DNA of 64,000 nucleotides from Pocillopora damicornis (Eukaryota): NCBI RefSeq assembly GCF_003704095.1, contig NW_020846761.1, positions 62,001 to 126,000 of the forward strand, read 5' to 3'. Shown piece by piece: positions 43,601 to 54,456 of this stretch (position 1 is its first letter; each line of letters starts with the position of its first letter). The notes under the pieces were generated by a model. It saw only the letters and a program-made list of their open reading frames with translations, ran no database searches and was not told where the DNA came from. The position numbers and the translations under genes were made by a program.

Positions 43601-44929
43601 AAAATAATGGGCAAATCAAAAAAGTACTGTTTTAAAATGTATTACTGCACAATTTTTGATAGCCTGTGTCCTACATGTAACTTATGCTTACTCTTGCTGA
43701 AAAACGCTGGTTCCTCTCAGGTTCAAAAAAGCTAATGATGTTGCTCAAAGCTAATCAGAAGAAGGTTTGTAACTTCAAAACAACAAAGAATGGATCAAAA
43801 GTAAAAAAGGAAGATACTGCACCTTCCAACAACTTCTTTGAACTACTTCCTAAGGCAAAACAGCTGATTAAAAAAATCGAGTTTAGCAGAGAAATTGAAG
43901 GAAAATGCATTTTTTTTTTCAGTTGCAAAGCGAAGGCTGGGTTTCCTAAACAAGAAGGGATTTGATAGATTTGGAAACAATAAACTATTTGCACCTCTGA
44001 TGAAATGGGAAACGTTTAAAGAACAACTTGTGCAGATAAAAGATAATGCACAATCATATGAAAATGCCTATAATGGGATACGGGCATCTGTCGAACGACA
44101 GGAAGGTATTAAGCAAGTGCTGCAAGCCCTTCCCCTACCAGCCAAGAATCAGGTCCATAAAGAAAAAGAAAGACTTGTGGAGGCAAGAAGGATAGCATTG
44201 AGCGAGAAGAGAGCCTATGGGCAGGTACGTACCGCCCGGCTATTCATTTAAGGACCCACTCAGTCAGATAGTTTGTCCGTCAGACAGCCAGTCAGTCTTT
44301 CGACTAGTCAGTCACTCAGTAAGTCACCCAGTTACTTATTCACTCGGTCACTCAAAAACAGATGTGCAAAGTTAATCATGCTTTCACCTATACATTCACG
44401 TACTCACTGAAAAACACGTTTAGATGTTCAGTCCCTAACCTAGCCCTCAAAGTTGTTAATGTCATCGATGACTGAAAAAGATGGATGAATACTAAAACGC
44501 ACAAATGAAAGGATGAGCGAATTTTGGTTAAAATATAAGCATCATTTTAGCCGTTTGTTTTTCATCCTTTTGGGACAGGCCATTACTGAATTGGAAGCAA
44601 GCATGAAAAGCTCACTTGAAGAAATACTCGTTCAACTTCCAGACGTACATCAGACAGCACAGTTTAACAAAATCGACCTGTTTGTTGTTCTGCAAGCTTT
44701 AGTAGGATTTGTCACTGGTACTACAGAGAGAGATTCATTAGCATTACTTGGGACTGCTTTAAAAGTTATTGGACATTTTGCTTCAAAGTGCAAAACTGGA
44801 TCGCTTCAAGACAATAAGGACAAACTCGAAAAATGGCTGATGTTTGGTAAGGAATACGCTGCCTTAAACGACTCTAGTGATCTGGATTTTGACAAAATAG
44901 ATGTGGGATCTGTACCGGAAGTCATGAAG
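37602..44929 (+). CDS. Middle exons of the large secreted toxin-like protein (copy 2); exons 37602-37746, 38092-38309, 38445-38616, 39195-39310, 39633-39777, 41841-41960, 42417-42557, 42962-43180, 43923-44224, 44579-44929
   Basis: Phase-compatible GT-AG exons with no stops seen. They encode the end of F5/8 (WNGHISMRAEFYGC), LAVMADTIHV..KLTMFSRKL, GxxG runs (GADGKDGNHGANG, GGNGNKGQNGADG, GAKGGNGGDGG), GFDRFGNNKLFAP, and a hydrophobic hairpin LFVVLQALVGFVTG..LALLGTALKVIGHF. Confidence 0.8.
40268..41100 (-). mobile_element. 5'-truncated Penelope-like retroelement (GIY-YIG endonuclease remnant) with inverted terminal repeat
   Basis: The minus strand translates GAVYKINCSDFHASYIGETGRNLTIRLTEHKR (GIY-YIG) with a downstream stop. 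40278-40345 is the reverse complement of ~41025-41097. It is flanked by AAT repeats and absent from the paralogous intron near 56870. Confidence 0.88.
41211..41795. mobile_element. Second intronic insertion (composite TE remnant)
   Basis: Absent from the paralogous intron, where the two flanks are adjacent near 56775-56780. Contains the palindrome cacgtgaaaa..ttttcacgtg. Confidence 0.55.
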
Positions 44930-45083
44930 GTATAAGCCCTCTGTAAAGCTAGATTTCAGCACTTTTAAAGACAATTTTCGACCGGTTGCCATGGGTTTTC
45001 TCTAGAATCCCAAAACGCGGTTAGTGTCATTATCTCATTGAAACATGGATAGTGGGCATGAAATGTTCACTTTTCCTCTTCTT

Positions 45084-45183
45084 NNNNNNNNNNNNNNNNN
45101 NNNNNNNNNNNNNNNNNNNNNNNNNNNNNNNNNNNNNNNNNNNNNNNNNNNNNNNNNNNNNNNNNNNNNNNNNNNNNNNNNNN
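45084..45183. other. Assembly gap (100 N)
   Basis: N run. Confidence 1.
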
Positions 45184-45184
45184 G

Positions 45185-48100
45185 GCCATTACTGAATTGG
45201 AAGCAAGCATGAAAAGCTCACTTGAAGAAATACTCGTCCAACTTCCAGACGTACATCGGGCAGCGCAGTTCAACAAAAAGGACCTGTTTATTGTTCTCCA
45301 AGCTTTAGTAGGATTTGCCACTGGTACTGCAGGGAGAGATCCATTGGCATTACTTGGGACTTCTTTAACAATTGTCGGACATTTTGCCTCAAAGTGCAAT
45401 ACTGGATCGCTTCAAGACAATAAGGACAAACTCGAAAAATGGCTGATGTTTGGTAAGGAATACGCTGCCCTAGACGACTCTAGTGATCTGGATTTTGACA
45501 AAATGGATGTGGGATCTGTACCAGAAATCATGAAGGTATAAGCCCTCTATAGATCTAGATTTCAGCACTTTTAAAGGAAATTTTGCGACCGCCTGACATG
45601 AGTTTATTAGAATCTTAAAACACGGCTGGTATAATTATTTCATTGAGACATTGATGGTGGAGATGAAATGTTCACGGTTTCTCTCCTTTTAGCTCATAAA
45701 ATTCAAAGGAAATTTTGACAAAAAATTTTCTCAACTTTCTTTAAGACTAACCTTGAAATGAACAAGGAAGCACTCACTACGGACCTGGTTTGTATGATAG
45801 AGGAGAGGTCACTTCCACGAAACCTTGCAAAGTTCAGGGAACAGATAGAACGATTTTTCATGGCTGGGGGAGCGAGGATTGATCTCATAGCCAAGGTTAT
45901 TGATCTGGACAATGCAGTTGGTGGATACAACTTCGATATCCCTAATTTAGAGCAAACATCGAATGAAATAGAGAGCTTGCGAAACTCTGGAGGTAAGGAT
46001 CAATGGTTGATTACACGCATACGTATGTGCAATATGCAGAGTAAAGCAGCAGTCGTTGATATGGAGGCAGACCAATCCAGAACACAACTGAGTATATAAG
46101 ATATACTCCTGTCCAAATCTAACATATGATATGTTTTTATTACCAAAATCAAAAGTGCAAGATAAATCCTGCTCGCAGGCCCCAAATTCTAAATTTTGAC
46201 AGAGTATTTCCTGTTTTATTGAGTGTTGAGTACTACTTCTTTGCCTTTTGGACTGGGTGCTTTTTCATCGTGGGGTTACCCCCTCGTTTGCCCGTACTCC
46301 ACTACGTGGAGAGAAGTAATTGGAAGCAGAAGAGTCTTGCTCAAGAACACAACACAAAGACCCAGTTAGGGCTTGTAACTAGGAGACAATAGGGAGCTTA
46401 CAAGTCATTCAGCCACCAGCTCTCAAGCAGAGCAATGATCATAGAGCAAGGGGTGGGATGATGTTTTCTCTGGAGAGTGGTAGTTTATCGGTTAACGGAC
46501 GGGACTCCAGGTCTAGCTAGGATGACTTGATGTTATTATTATGAGTGTAAAAGATCGCACATTTAAGAAACGTTGTATTTGGTTCCTTGTTAACTTTGGT
46601 TTGCAGACTTAGACTCTCCAATCGCTGAGAACATACAACAGATGTTCCTCGATGATTTGCTTACTTCTTATCAGCAGATGGAGACAAGTTTTACTCAGAA
46701 TCTCTATCAGTTTTACAAAGGCTTTGAGTTCCGCTCACTTTGGAAAGTTGGTGATACCTTAGTAGACTTTCAGCGACGAGCAAGCGAAGCTGCTCGGGGG
46801 AATGAACAACTTCGAGGTGTACTGGAACTGACTAATGCTTTACAAGAAATCGATTCTATTGAAAGTAAAGGGCGAAAATGCTTCACCAGATTCAAATATT
46901 CAACAAATACACACAAATGGTCTTTTAACAGTGTTGAACATGCTACGGTTAGTATTTTAATGGGCGGATATGACTTATTTTGAGATCCAGTCATAGAGGT
47001 GTTGCCTTATAAAATTTTGGCGGAAGAAGGGTCGCAGTACAAAGTGGGAAGATTGGGTTCAGGGTTCAGGTTTTCCTGCATTTTGATTGGCTATATTTCC
47101 CATAGCATGGTATATATGGAAATTTTTGGAAGATAATAGTCCAGTATGTATGGACAATATATCACTGTAGTTTTTCAAATTTGAAGATCTAAAACTTGGG
47201 AAACAACTCATACTACAATTTTAGAGAGGTATTTTCATCGTGATTAATGCTCACTTGCACTCCTTTCGAAGTTGATTAATTTTTAAAAGATGAAGAGCCA
47301 CTCAAACATTGTTTTCATAGAGCAGGTCGTCAGTCAACCCTTGACAATTCTTCGAGATTAAGAATACCTGAAATGTTAGGTCTTCTTGTTGTTAGGTCTT
47401 CTGTTGTCCCTCTTTACTTTGTGAGTTTGAGGATGACTTAGAAAAAGGTTGTTTTCCCTTTTTCTCTATCTTTATGCACTAGCTTTTTGATAATTTGCAC
47501 AGAGGCAAAGCGACGTTCACCATAGAGGTTTCTGACAATTGCAAGTCATGCTACAATGTTCGTCTTTTGAAGGTAGGAAATATGTCCTCTACTGCTAATG
47601 AGCCATACATCGATACCGTATGGCTATAACACTTAAAAGACGACTATGGCTACTAACATAACACATATTTGCTTTAGTTTACTAGTTTTGGTCTTTATTT
47701 ACTTGGCCTTGTTGCTCTGCATGCTCTCTAACCTTCATGGCAATCGTGCTACTCGCTTGATTTTAATTGTTTTCTTTTTCGTTTTTTTGTTTATGTTTTT
47801 TTTCTACTACTCGATATTTCTACTGTGCTGCGTCTTTTGATGAATAGTGAAATGAGCTCAGCGCTTGTAAATACTAGTTCTCAGTATACTCTCAGTTGTA
47901 ACTTTATGAAATTTTCAGATCGTATGATTCGCGTTGATATTCAGCAGAAGGTTTTCGATCCGTAGCTAGATTTAAGGGAGGCCATTTCGCTTCAGTCGCA
48001 TTGAGATGCGTTTGATCTGAGTCAATATTTGCTGTAGTTTTACCGTAAATACTACAAGGCGCGTTGTTTTGGATTTCCTTTTAGTTCAAGCCACCAAGCA

Positions 48101-49874
48101 GCGCTACATCACATCGCATTGACATGATATCTTCATCACTATCATGTTGTTATCATGACAGCTACTATTAAAATCATTAAAGTAAAGTTTTGCGTTTGTG
48201 TCTTCTTGCCTGCTGCATGCGTGACTTATTAGTGATTTCTTCTGTTATGGCCTTTCCATCCTGACTGAGAAACAAGAATTGTTCTAATTTCCACTGTGGC
48301 TTGGTAGTGACACGTTTGATCTCTCTGCGTGGTTTTGAATCGATGATTAATCAGTCAACAGCTTGATCTTTATTTTTCATAGATGTATGTTGAACTCTAT
48401 GGAAAAGAAACTCAAAGAGAAAACAACTTTCCAGCAACTGTTTATCTAAGACTGCGACATATGAGTGCCTCGTTTTTCCGAGATGGATATGGAAAAATGA
48501 GAGAATTCCGACAACAAAACATGGACGTTTGGAGAAAGTTTGAATTTGACCGATTTGCAATTACAGATACCGCCAAGTGCCAAGCAGAGAAGAAGAAGGG
48601 CAACAGTAAGCATTCACACATTGATTGACTATTAAAGAACTGTTCCATGCTTAGCGTGTGTATATCGAGTTATGGATGCACGCGGGAAGTTTGGAGAGCA
48701 CGAGAGAAGCGTACGAGTTGCTCGAGACGCAGCCGCGAGCAACCCTAGCTTCTTCCTAGGGCCCCGCAGTGACACTCCAAAACTCTCGTTTCTTATTAAG
48801 ATATTAACAAGATAGGCCACTAAATTACTTAGTAAGCCTTTACGGTTTTGGTGTGCTTTTTAGAGGACTCTCTATTCTGCTTGGAGAGAGACGATGTTCG
48901 CTTTCAAGCAATGTGCTGCCATTACCTTAGTGATTCCCCGTGTCAGGACGTGCTGCTTGGAGCAGAAGAGTGTCAGAGTCCATTTGGATCTTACGAGCTG
49001 ACTATACCTGTAGATGAAGACGTGGATTGTCGACCGGACGGTTCACAGTTAACAAACAAGAATTGCAAAGACTTTGACGTGAGTTTATTTATCACTTACA
49101 TTGTGCATCGGGGATACCCTACGAATCTTTCAGTGCTAATCTCGAGCTCACCGCCTATTGCAAAAAGTACTGAGCAGTTTTTGACAAGTTGAGAACATTC
49201 ATTTATACCCCAAGTCGGATAGACAAACCACTAAAACAGAAGTCGTTAGATGAAATAGTCATCCAAAGAGTCGAACTTTCCGAATATAACTGATTATACC
49301 TCATAATCTACGTCCTTGACTGAAGCCTTTATGTCGGTGTAATCACACGTGACCGAACATAAAAGCCAGAACACTCTTTCTCAGCCTACTGAAATGACCA
49401 CCCAAGCAACTGATGCAATATTTTGTTCGTAAAGGGAAAACCACTCTTTGTAGTAACAATGACCTTTATGGCAACTCATTAAATGCATTTTTATCGTGAA
49501 GAGAACTTATAATAGAAGGCTTAATTTGTATACTAAAGAGCCGTGTCTTAAAAAGTCAGCTATTAGTTTTAGCAAATATTCTCTGCAAAAGCGATATTTT
49601 TTGTACATGTTTTATTCTTAGTGGAAACAAATCTTACATGAGCATCCGATCTCGTCTTTCTTTATTTGTTTCCCCGATTTATACTTCTTTCCTATTTGTA
49701 GTTAATATACTTATGATGGGGTTTTTTTCACAGAAGAGCGTCTACACAAATATGAACGTGTGGACACATTATTTATACTGGTCTGACAGATACCCAACCG
49801 GACCGAATGATGAGAAATGCGCTGGTCACTCAAGAGCCAAATCTAAAATCTCGGTGTCTCGGGAAGGTTTTTGA
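45185..49874 (+). CDS. 3' half of the large toxin-like protein (copy 1, probably part of a pseudogene); exons 45185-45535, 45746-45992, 46607-46947, 47483-47572, 48383-48605, 48864-49078, 49734-49874
   Basis: Open, phase-compatible exons encoding a coiled-coil-like helical region and a Cys-rich beta C-terminus. A short insertion near 49860-49872 gives an earlier stop than in copy 2. Confidence 0.75.
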
Positions 49875-50595
49875 GCCTTCCCCAGCTTTAGAGCTCAAGG
49901 CATCAAACATCACAGGAAAATAGAAGATACATACAATTAAACGTTTCTGATATCTAAGACGAGAAAAAAAAAGTGATACAAAACAGATAATGCCGAATTG
50001 GTGTCAAAAAGGATAAATGGTTTCACACCGTTTATTTTGAGATTGAGTGAATTTTATAATGATAAAATACAAACTAATGAAATAAAAAACACGTTCCTCA
50101 TACTGCTTTGGGATCGGTCATTATTTGTCGCACTCGGAAAGGGAGAGGAGTTACCCGGGGGAAGGGGTGAGGAGTCGGAGGCGTTTAGTTCTGTCACGAC
50201 AAAATTAAGTTGATCTCTCTATAAAGCTCTGCAGTATTCTTAGGATCCCCTGGTCATTGGCAAGTAATTGCCATTCAGTCCCCCTCCCTTTCTATTCCGA
50301 TGTTGGCGACTGATCCCCTATTTGTGACGAAATCCATTCATAATGGATATTAATTGCTGTCATAATTTTTGATGAAATAAATTGCAGTTCGCCTGCATGG
50401 GTCATTGCTTTACTTAAGAATACTTTCTCTGGATCTTCCCGCTACAGAAACGAGATTGAACTTTGGAAGGTATGTGAATTGTTTCGCGGTCTATCTTTAC
50501 AAGCAATAAACTCTCTTGCAGACGAGAAGGAAGCAAACACGAAAACCAGTTGTCTTAATTGTGTATTGCATTCAGCATTGTTTTCCTTTTTTAAG

Positions 50596-51480
50596 CCAAT
50601 ATAGACGAGTCTGATCAACACGTTGCTCTTGAACTTTTTGAGGATCCAAATGCCCCTCTAAGGGACGCCAGAGGGATAACCAATGAGCGGAACCGTCTGT
50701 GTTACACGCTTGTGGTTCCATACAACATAACACTCGAACTGGGTGTGTATATACACTAGCTAATCACAGTTTATGTTTAATGTTTTAGCTCACTACTCTT
50801 CGTCCCATTTTCTGATCTATTTTGATGAGTCACCACGTTATTCAAAGTGAAATCATTATTAGGCGAGAGTAAGATAAAATAATTAAAGGACTATTAAAAT
50901 TTGAAATTCAGCCCCCTGAGTTTTTTCTTTTACTTTCTGCTCCTATTTTAAAACTAATTTTCTTGTTGTAACCGATGAAACATTTTCACAAGAGAATCCT
51001 ACCGCTAAAAATGTCATTCGTAGCGCAATGCGGGTGTGGGAACAAAGCTCGTGCTTAAATTTTGTGAGAAGAACAACTGAAAAGGACTACATTGAGTATT
51101 TTTTACTGCCGTCGTCTATTTTTATTTTCAAAGGATGTACACGAGGTACCTCACAATACTTATAGGAGGGAAAAGAGAGGGCAATCTTTGGGATTTAAAG
51201 GAGAAATTTTGATAGACACCAAGGGTGTGTAATGCTCCGTATTGATTGCAATTCCAAATTAATCTTGCAGAAAGGATCGTAATTTTTTTTCTGTCATTGC
51301 ACTCGTTTTCTTATTGAGAAGATGTTGGTCATGTGTTGGACGTCAAGGTGGAAAGCGGCAGATAATACTGGCCAGCGGTTGCTGGCATCAAGGAACAGTT
51401 GTTCGTGAAATGGGTGAGTGACATCTATCATGGATAAAAAAGGTTACATGCCAAGCTGCATTGTTTCAAAGGTCGGTGAT
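50596..51480 (+). pseudogene. Degenerate duplicate of the astacin gene
   Basis: High identity to the reverse complement of 31817-30095, but the signal exon is deleted, ~30 nt are deleted in exon 2, and the exon 3 donor is lost. The first zinc-ligand His is CAT->CGT (REMG), the HALGFWHE exon is deleted and there are no MAM exons. Confidence 0.88.
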
Positions 51481-52063
51481 TGTAAGCCTCATTATGGTTT
51501 ACAATGATCGTGTAATAATTACTAGGACTTACTAAGCGAACAAGTCTAAAAAAGAGCCTTCAATGAAACCCCCCATCACATTAGTGGCAGTGATAATTTT
51601 CGTGCATTTCTTTAGGTGATAATGTGTGTGCACAATCTTTTCTGTCGCACTTGATTGCTTAGGCGTTCGAAATTCTCGTAAATGATCCTTCGATTGTCCT
51701 TAGTACAAAACGAACAAACGCGCTAGGTGCATTGATGAGTTACGTCAGCTCATGGAAGTTAGAGAAATTGCGGTATTCTCATCGCGTCAAAAATTTAGAA
51801 AATATTTGTGTATTCGAGTACAAGAAAAATTGTCTTTAACAACCAGGTACAGCACTTCTAAACGAAGACAGGCATGTCCTTCTACACATGGAAAAACACA
51901 CACTAGTCCTGTATCAATTAGTTTTTGATATCGCCATCTGTTGGACTTTTTCTAAAGTAATATTTGGGCGCCAACATAACTTTTTAACTAAAGTTTTTGC
52001 TCAGATCGGACATCATTCGTAGGAACGCACACGGATAAGTTTTCACTTCAAAAAGGATAAGTA

Positions 52064-53435
52064 ATGCAGCGATTACTGGTATTTGTCTCTCTTACGGCTT
52101 TAGATCTCGTGTACGGTAAAGGTAAGTGGCTCTGAAATAACCTGTCTCCTTATTTTTTTCTTTTCAGGACGTGTTGGTAAATCTAGGTATCTCTTTCTCA
52201 CGCGTTGCGCTTTTTCTCGAGAGATTCAGGATCGAAGAGGAAGCTTACTAGCTATAACCTTTGGAAATTGAAAAGAAAAATAAACAAACAAACAAAACTA
52301 GAGCCTTCCAATAGTTGGACATGTCTTTTGATTTTGCCTTGGATGTAATAATTCATATGGAGTTTAGTCGATAAAAATTGTTATTGCAATGTTTGTTGAA
52401 GCTATTACTATCATTGTCAACCTCAAACTAAGTTTTTTATCGCCATTAAAACATTTTATCTCAGTGTAAATTTGATATGCCAGTCCAAGAACTTAAAGCA
52501 TTACTTCGATAACTAAGGTAATATCATTAAGCAAACAAGCTACTTATTATAGCTAAGTTCAGGTAAAAAAAGAGAAATTATACATAATGTGGACCCGTAT
52601 CTGACGAATCATTCACCGACGGCTGATATTTATACGATTCGGTAGGCGGTGCACGGTAGGAATGGAAAAGGTACCAGTTTTATGACGTGCTTGTTTAGCT
52701 TTCAACCACCGACTTGAACCATCAAGGAAACCCTTGAACTATTGATGATATACCAGTACAACACCGGTCCAATAAGATTCTATGATCAGGGTAAATCTTT
52801 GGAAATAATTTTTTTCCACCTCATGTTATGAGGCAGACTTTCGCGTGTAATGCCTTCAAATAGAATAGTAAAGAAAAAGAAAAACGTTCCTGGGATAGAG
52901 TCCACCACCGCACCCAGAATTTGCATGTTTTCGGGTATACAAATTAGGCTGCTACAAGGAACCAGAACAAGAAATTAACACGCCTCATCTTTCCAACAAA
53001 AAAGGCTCTGACTACAAATAAATCCCACATACTTAAACGGTGCAGGTAGAATTTAAGACAAAAAAGCTAATTCTGTTTGCTGCTCTTTGCAGAGGATGGA
53101 TGTGTTACCTTAACCGATGGAGACAAATCTTTCAATGGGGATATCGAATATGTCCCCATGAAATGGTTTGAAACGCCCTCGGTTGTTTCCTTAAGTCCAG
53201 GTATTACAAATGTTTAGCCAGCTACGCCAATTCTATATAATGGGACGTTTTCAAAACGTTAACATTCAACTTGGAGTGTAGCATATCTTTATCTTCTATA
53301 AAAATAGTCCTCCAACAATATCCAAAGTGTGATTAGTCTGTTGGGAAAATCCTTCAAACAGCTGTTGTCCGTGACAGAGAATCACCCTTCAACAACCTGA
53401 TCGATCTGAAGTCAGTATCGTTTACCAGAAAAATT
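52064..53435 (+). CDS. 5' exons of the large toxin-like protein (copy 2): signal exon 52064-52121, 9-nt microexon 52168-52176, exon 53093-53200, doubtful exon from 53337
   Basis: MQRLLVFVSLTALDLVYGK signal-like peptide; matches the reverse complement of 61601-60265. Confidence 0.65.
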
Positions 53436-53535
53436 NNNNNNNNNNNNNNNNNNNNNNNNNNNNNNNNNNNNNNNNNNNNNNNNNNNNNNNNNNNNNNNNN
53501 NNNNNNNNNNNNNNNNNNNNNNNNNNNNNNNNNNN
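53436..53535. other. Assembly gap (100 N)
   Basis: N run. Confidence 1.
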
Positions 53536-54290
53536 ACCATCTTGTTGTCAAACGTTCGATATCTTTCTTCACTGTGGCATCTTATTCAATGGTTCAGTTG
53601 ACTGCGAGTATTGCTAAAAGATAACATCTGACAGTCTAATTCAATGCTAAACTAAGTTGACTACAAACATGTACGTCCTTTGAGTATTTGGGTTGTCACG
53701 CAATACCGGTGACAAAGGAACTTTAGGGGGTAGGTGACAGGCAGTTTCATCGGACGTTATAAATACGACGAGCGACAAGATAACCACAGTGAAATGGTCT
53801 TTTGATGTTTCTTCTACAGCAAATGAGGTTAGAGCATTTGGAAATGTGTACCCATGTACATTTTCCGGCCTCATATGGGTTGAAACATATTAAAATATAT
53901 GTGTGACTCGCGGCTGGAATGTTGACCGCGAAAGGTCAAAGAAGAAAGAAGAGCGCAATGTTTACAAAAATCATTTTGTGAGGTCTTATGAGATCGAAAA
54001 AGAAGATTTGAGTGTTTAAAAGACGAGATAGTGATTCGTTTTTGCACGCGAAGCCCTAAAACTCGTGCAATAATTTAAAAATGACGATTTTAACGGAATT
54101 TCGTTATTTGTATTTTTTTCCTGAAATAAAGAGATATTTCGCCAAAAAAAGCATGCAGTGATTTTAGTTATAGCCTAGCCTATCTAACATTAAAATAAGA
54201 AAGAAATCGAATTTTCCACCCTTGCCGCGATATGTTTAATTTTTACAGACAAGCGCTCTTAAACGCCAAAGCGTACTTTTCAGTAACCAC
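53536..54290. mobile_element. Sequence with no counterpart in the paralogous intron (probable TE insertion running into the gap)
   Basis: Similarity to the 44250-44420 intron fades near 54290; no recognisable ORF. Confidence 0.35.
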
Positions 54291-54456
54291 GTGAATATAT
54301 GGGTGAATGTGTGATGAAGAACTGACTCACTATCAAATTATTATACAAATAAACTATCTTACTGAGTGGCTGACTAGTCGAAGGACTGACTGACTGACTG
54401 ACGGACAAACTATCTGACTGAGTGGGTCCTTAAATGAAAAGCCGGGCGGTACGCAC

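Noticed and set aside
43684-43965. 93-aa ORF resembling an extra exon or frameshift
   Set aside because: Flanking exons 42962-43180 and 43923-44224 splice in frame without it, so it is treated as intron.
44579-45535. Tandem duplicated exon (AITELEASM...) suggesting mutually exclusive splicing
   Set aside because: The two exons are separated by an N gap and are better explained as belonging to different paralogues on flipped contigs.
53214-53218. TAG apparently truncating copy 2 exon
   Set aside because: It lies after the CAG|GTATT donor at 53200, so it is intronic.
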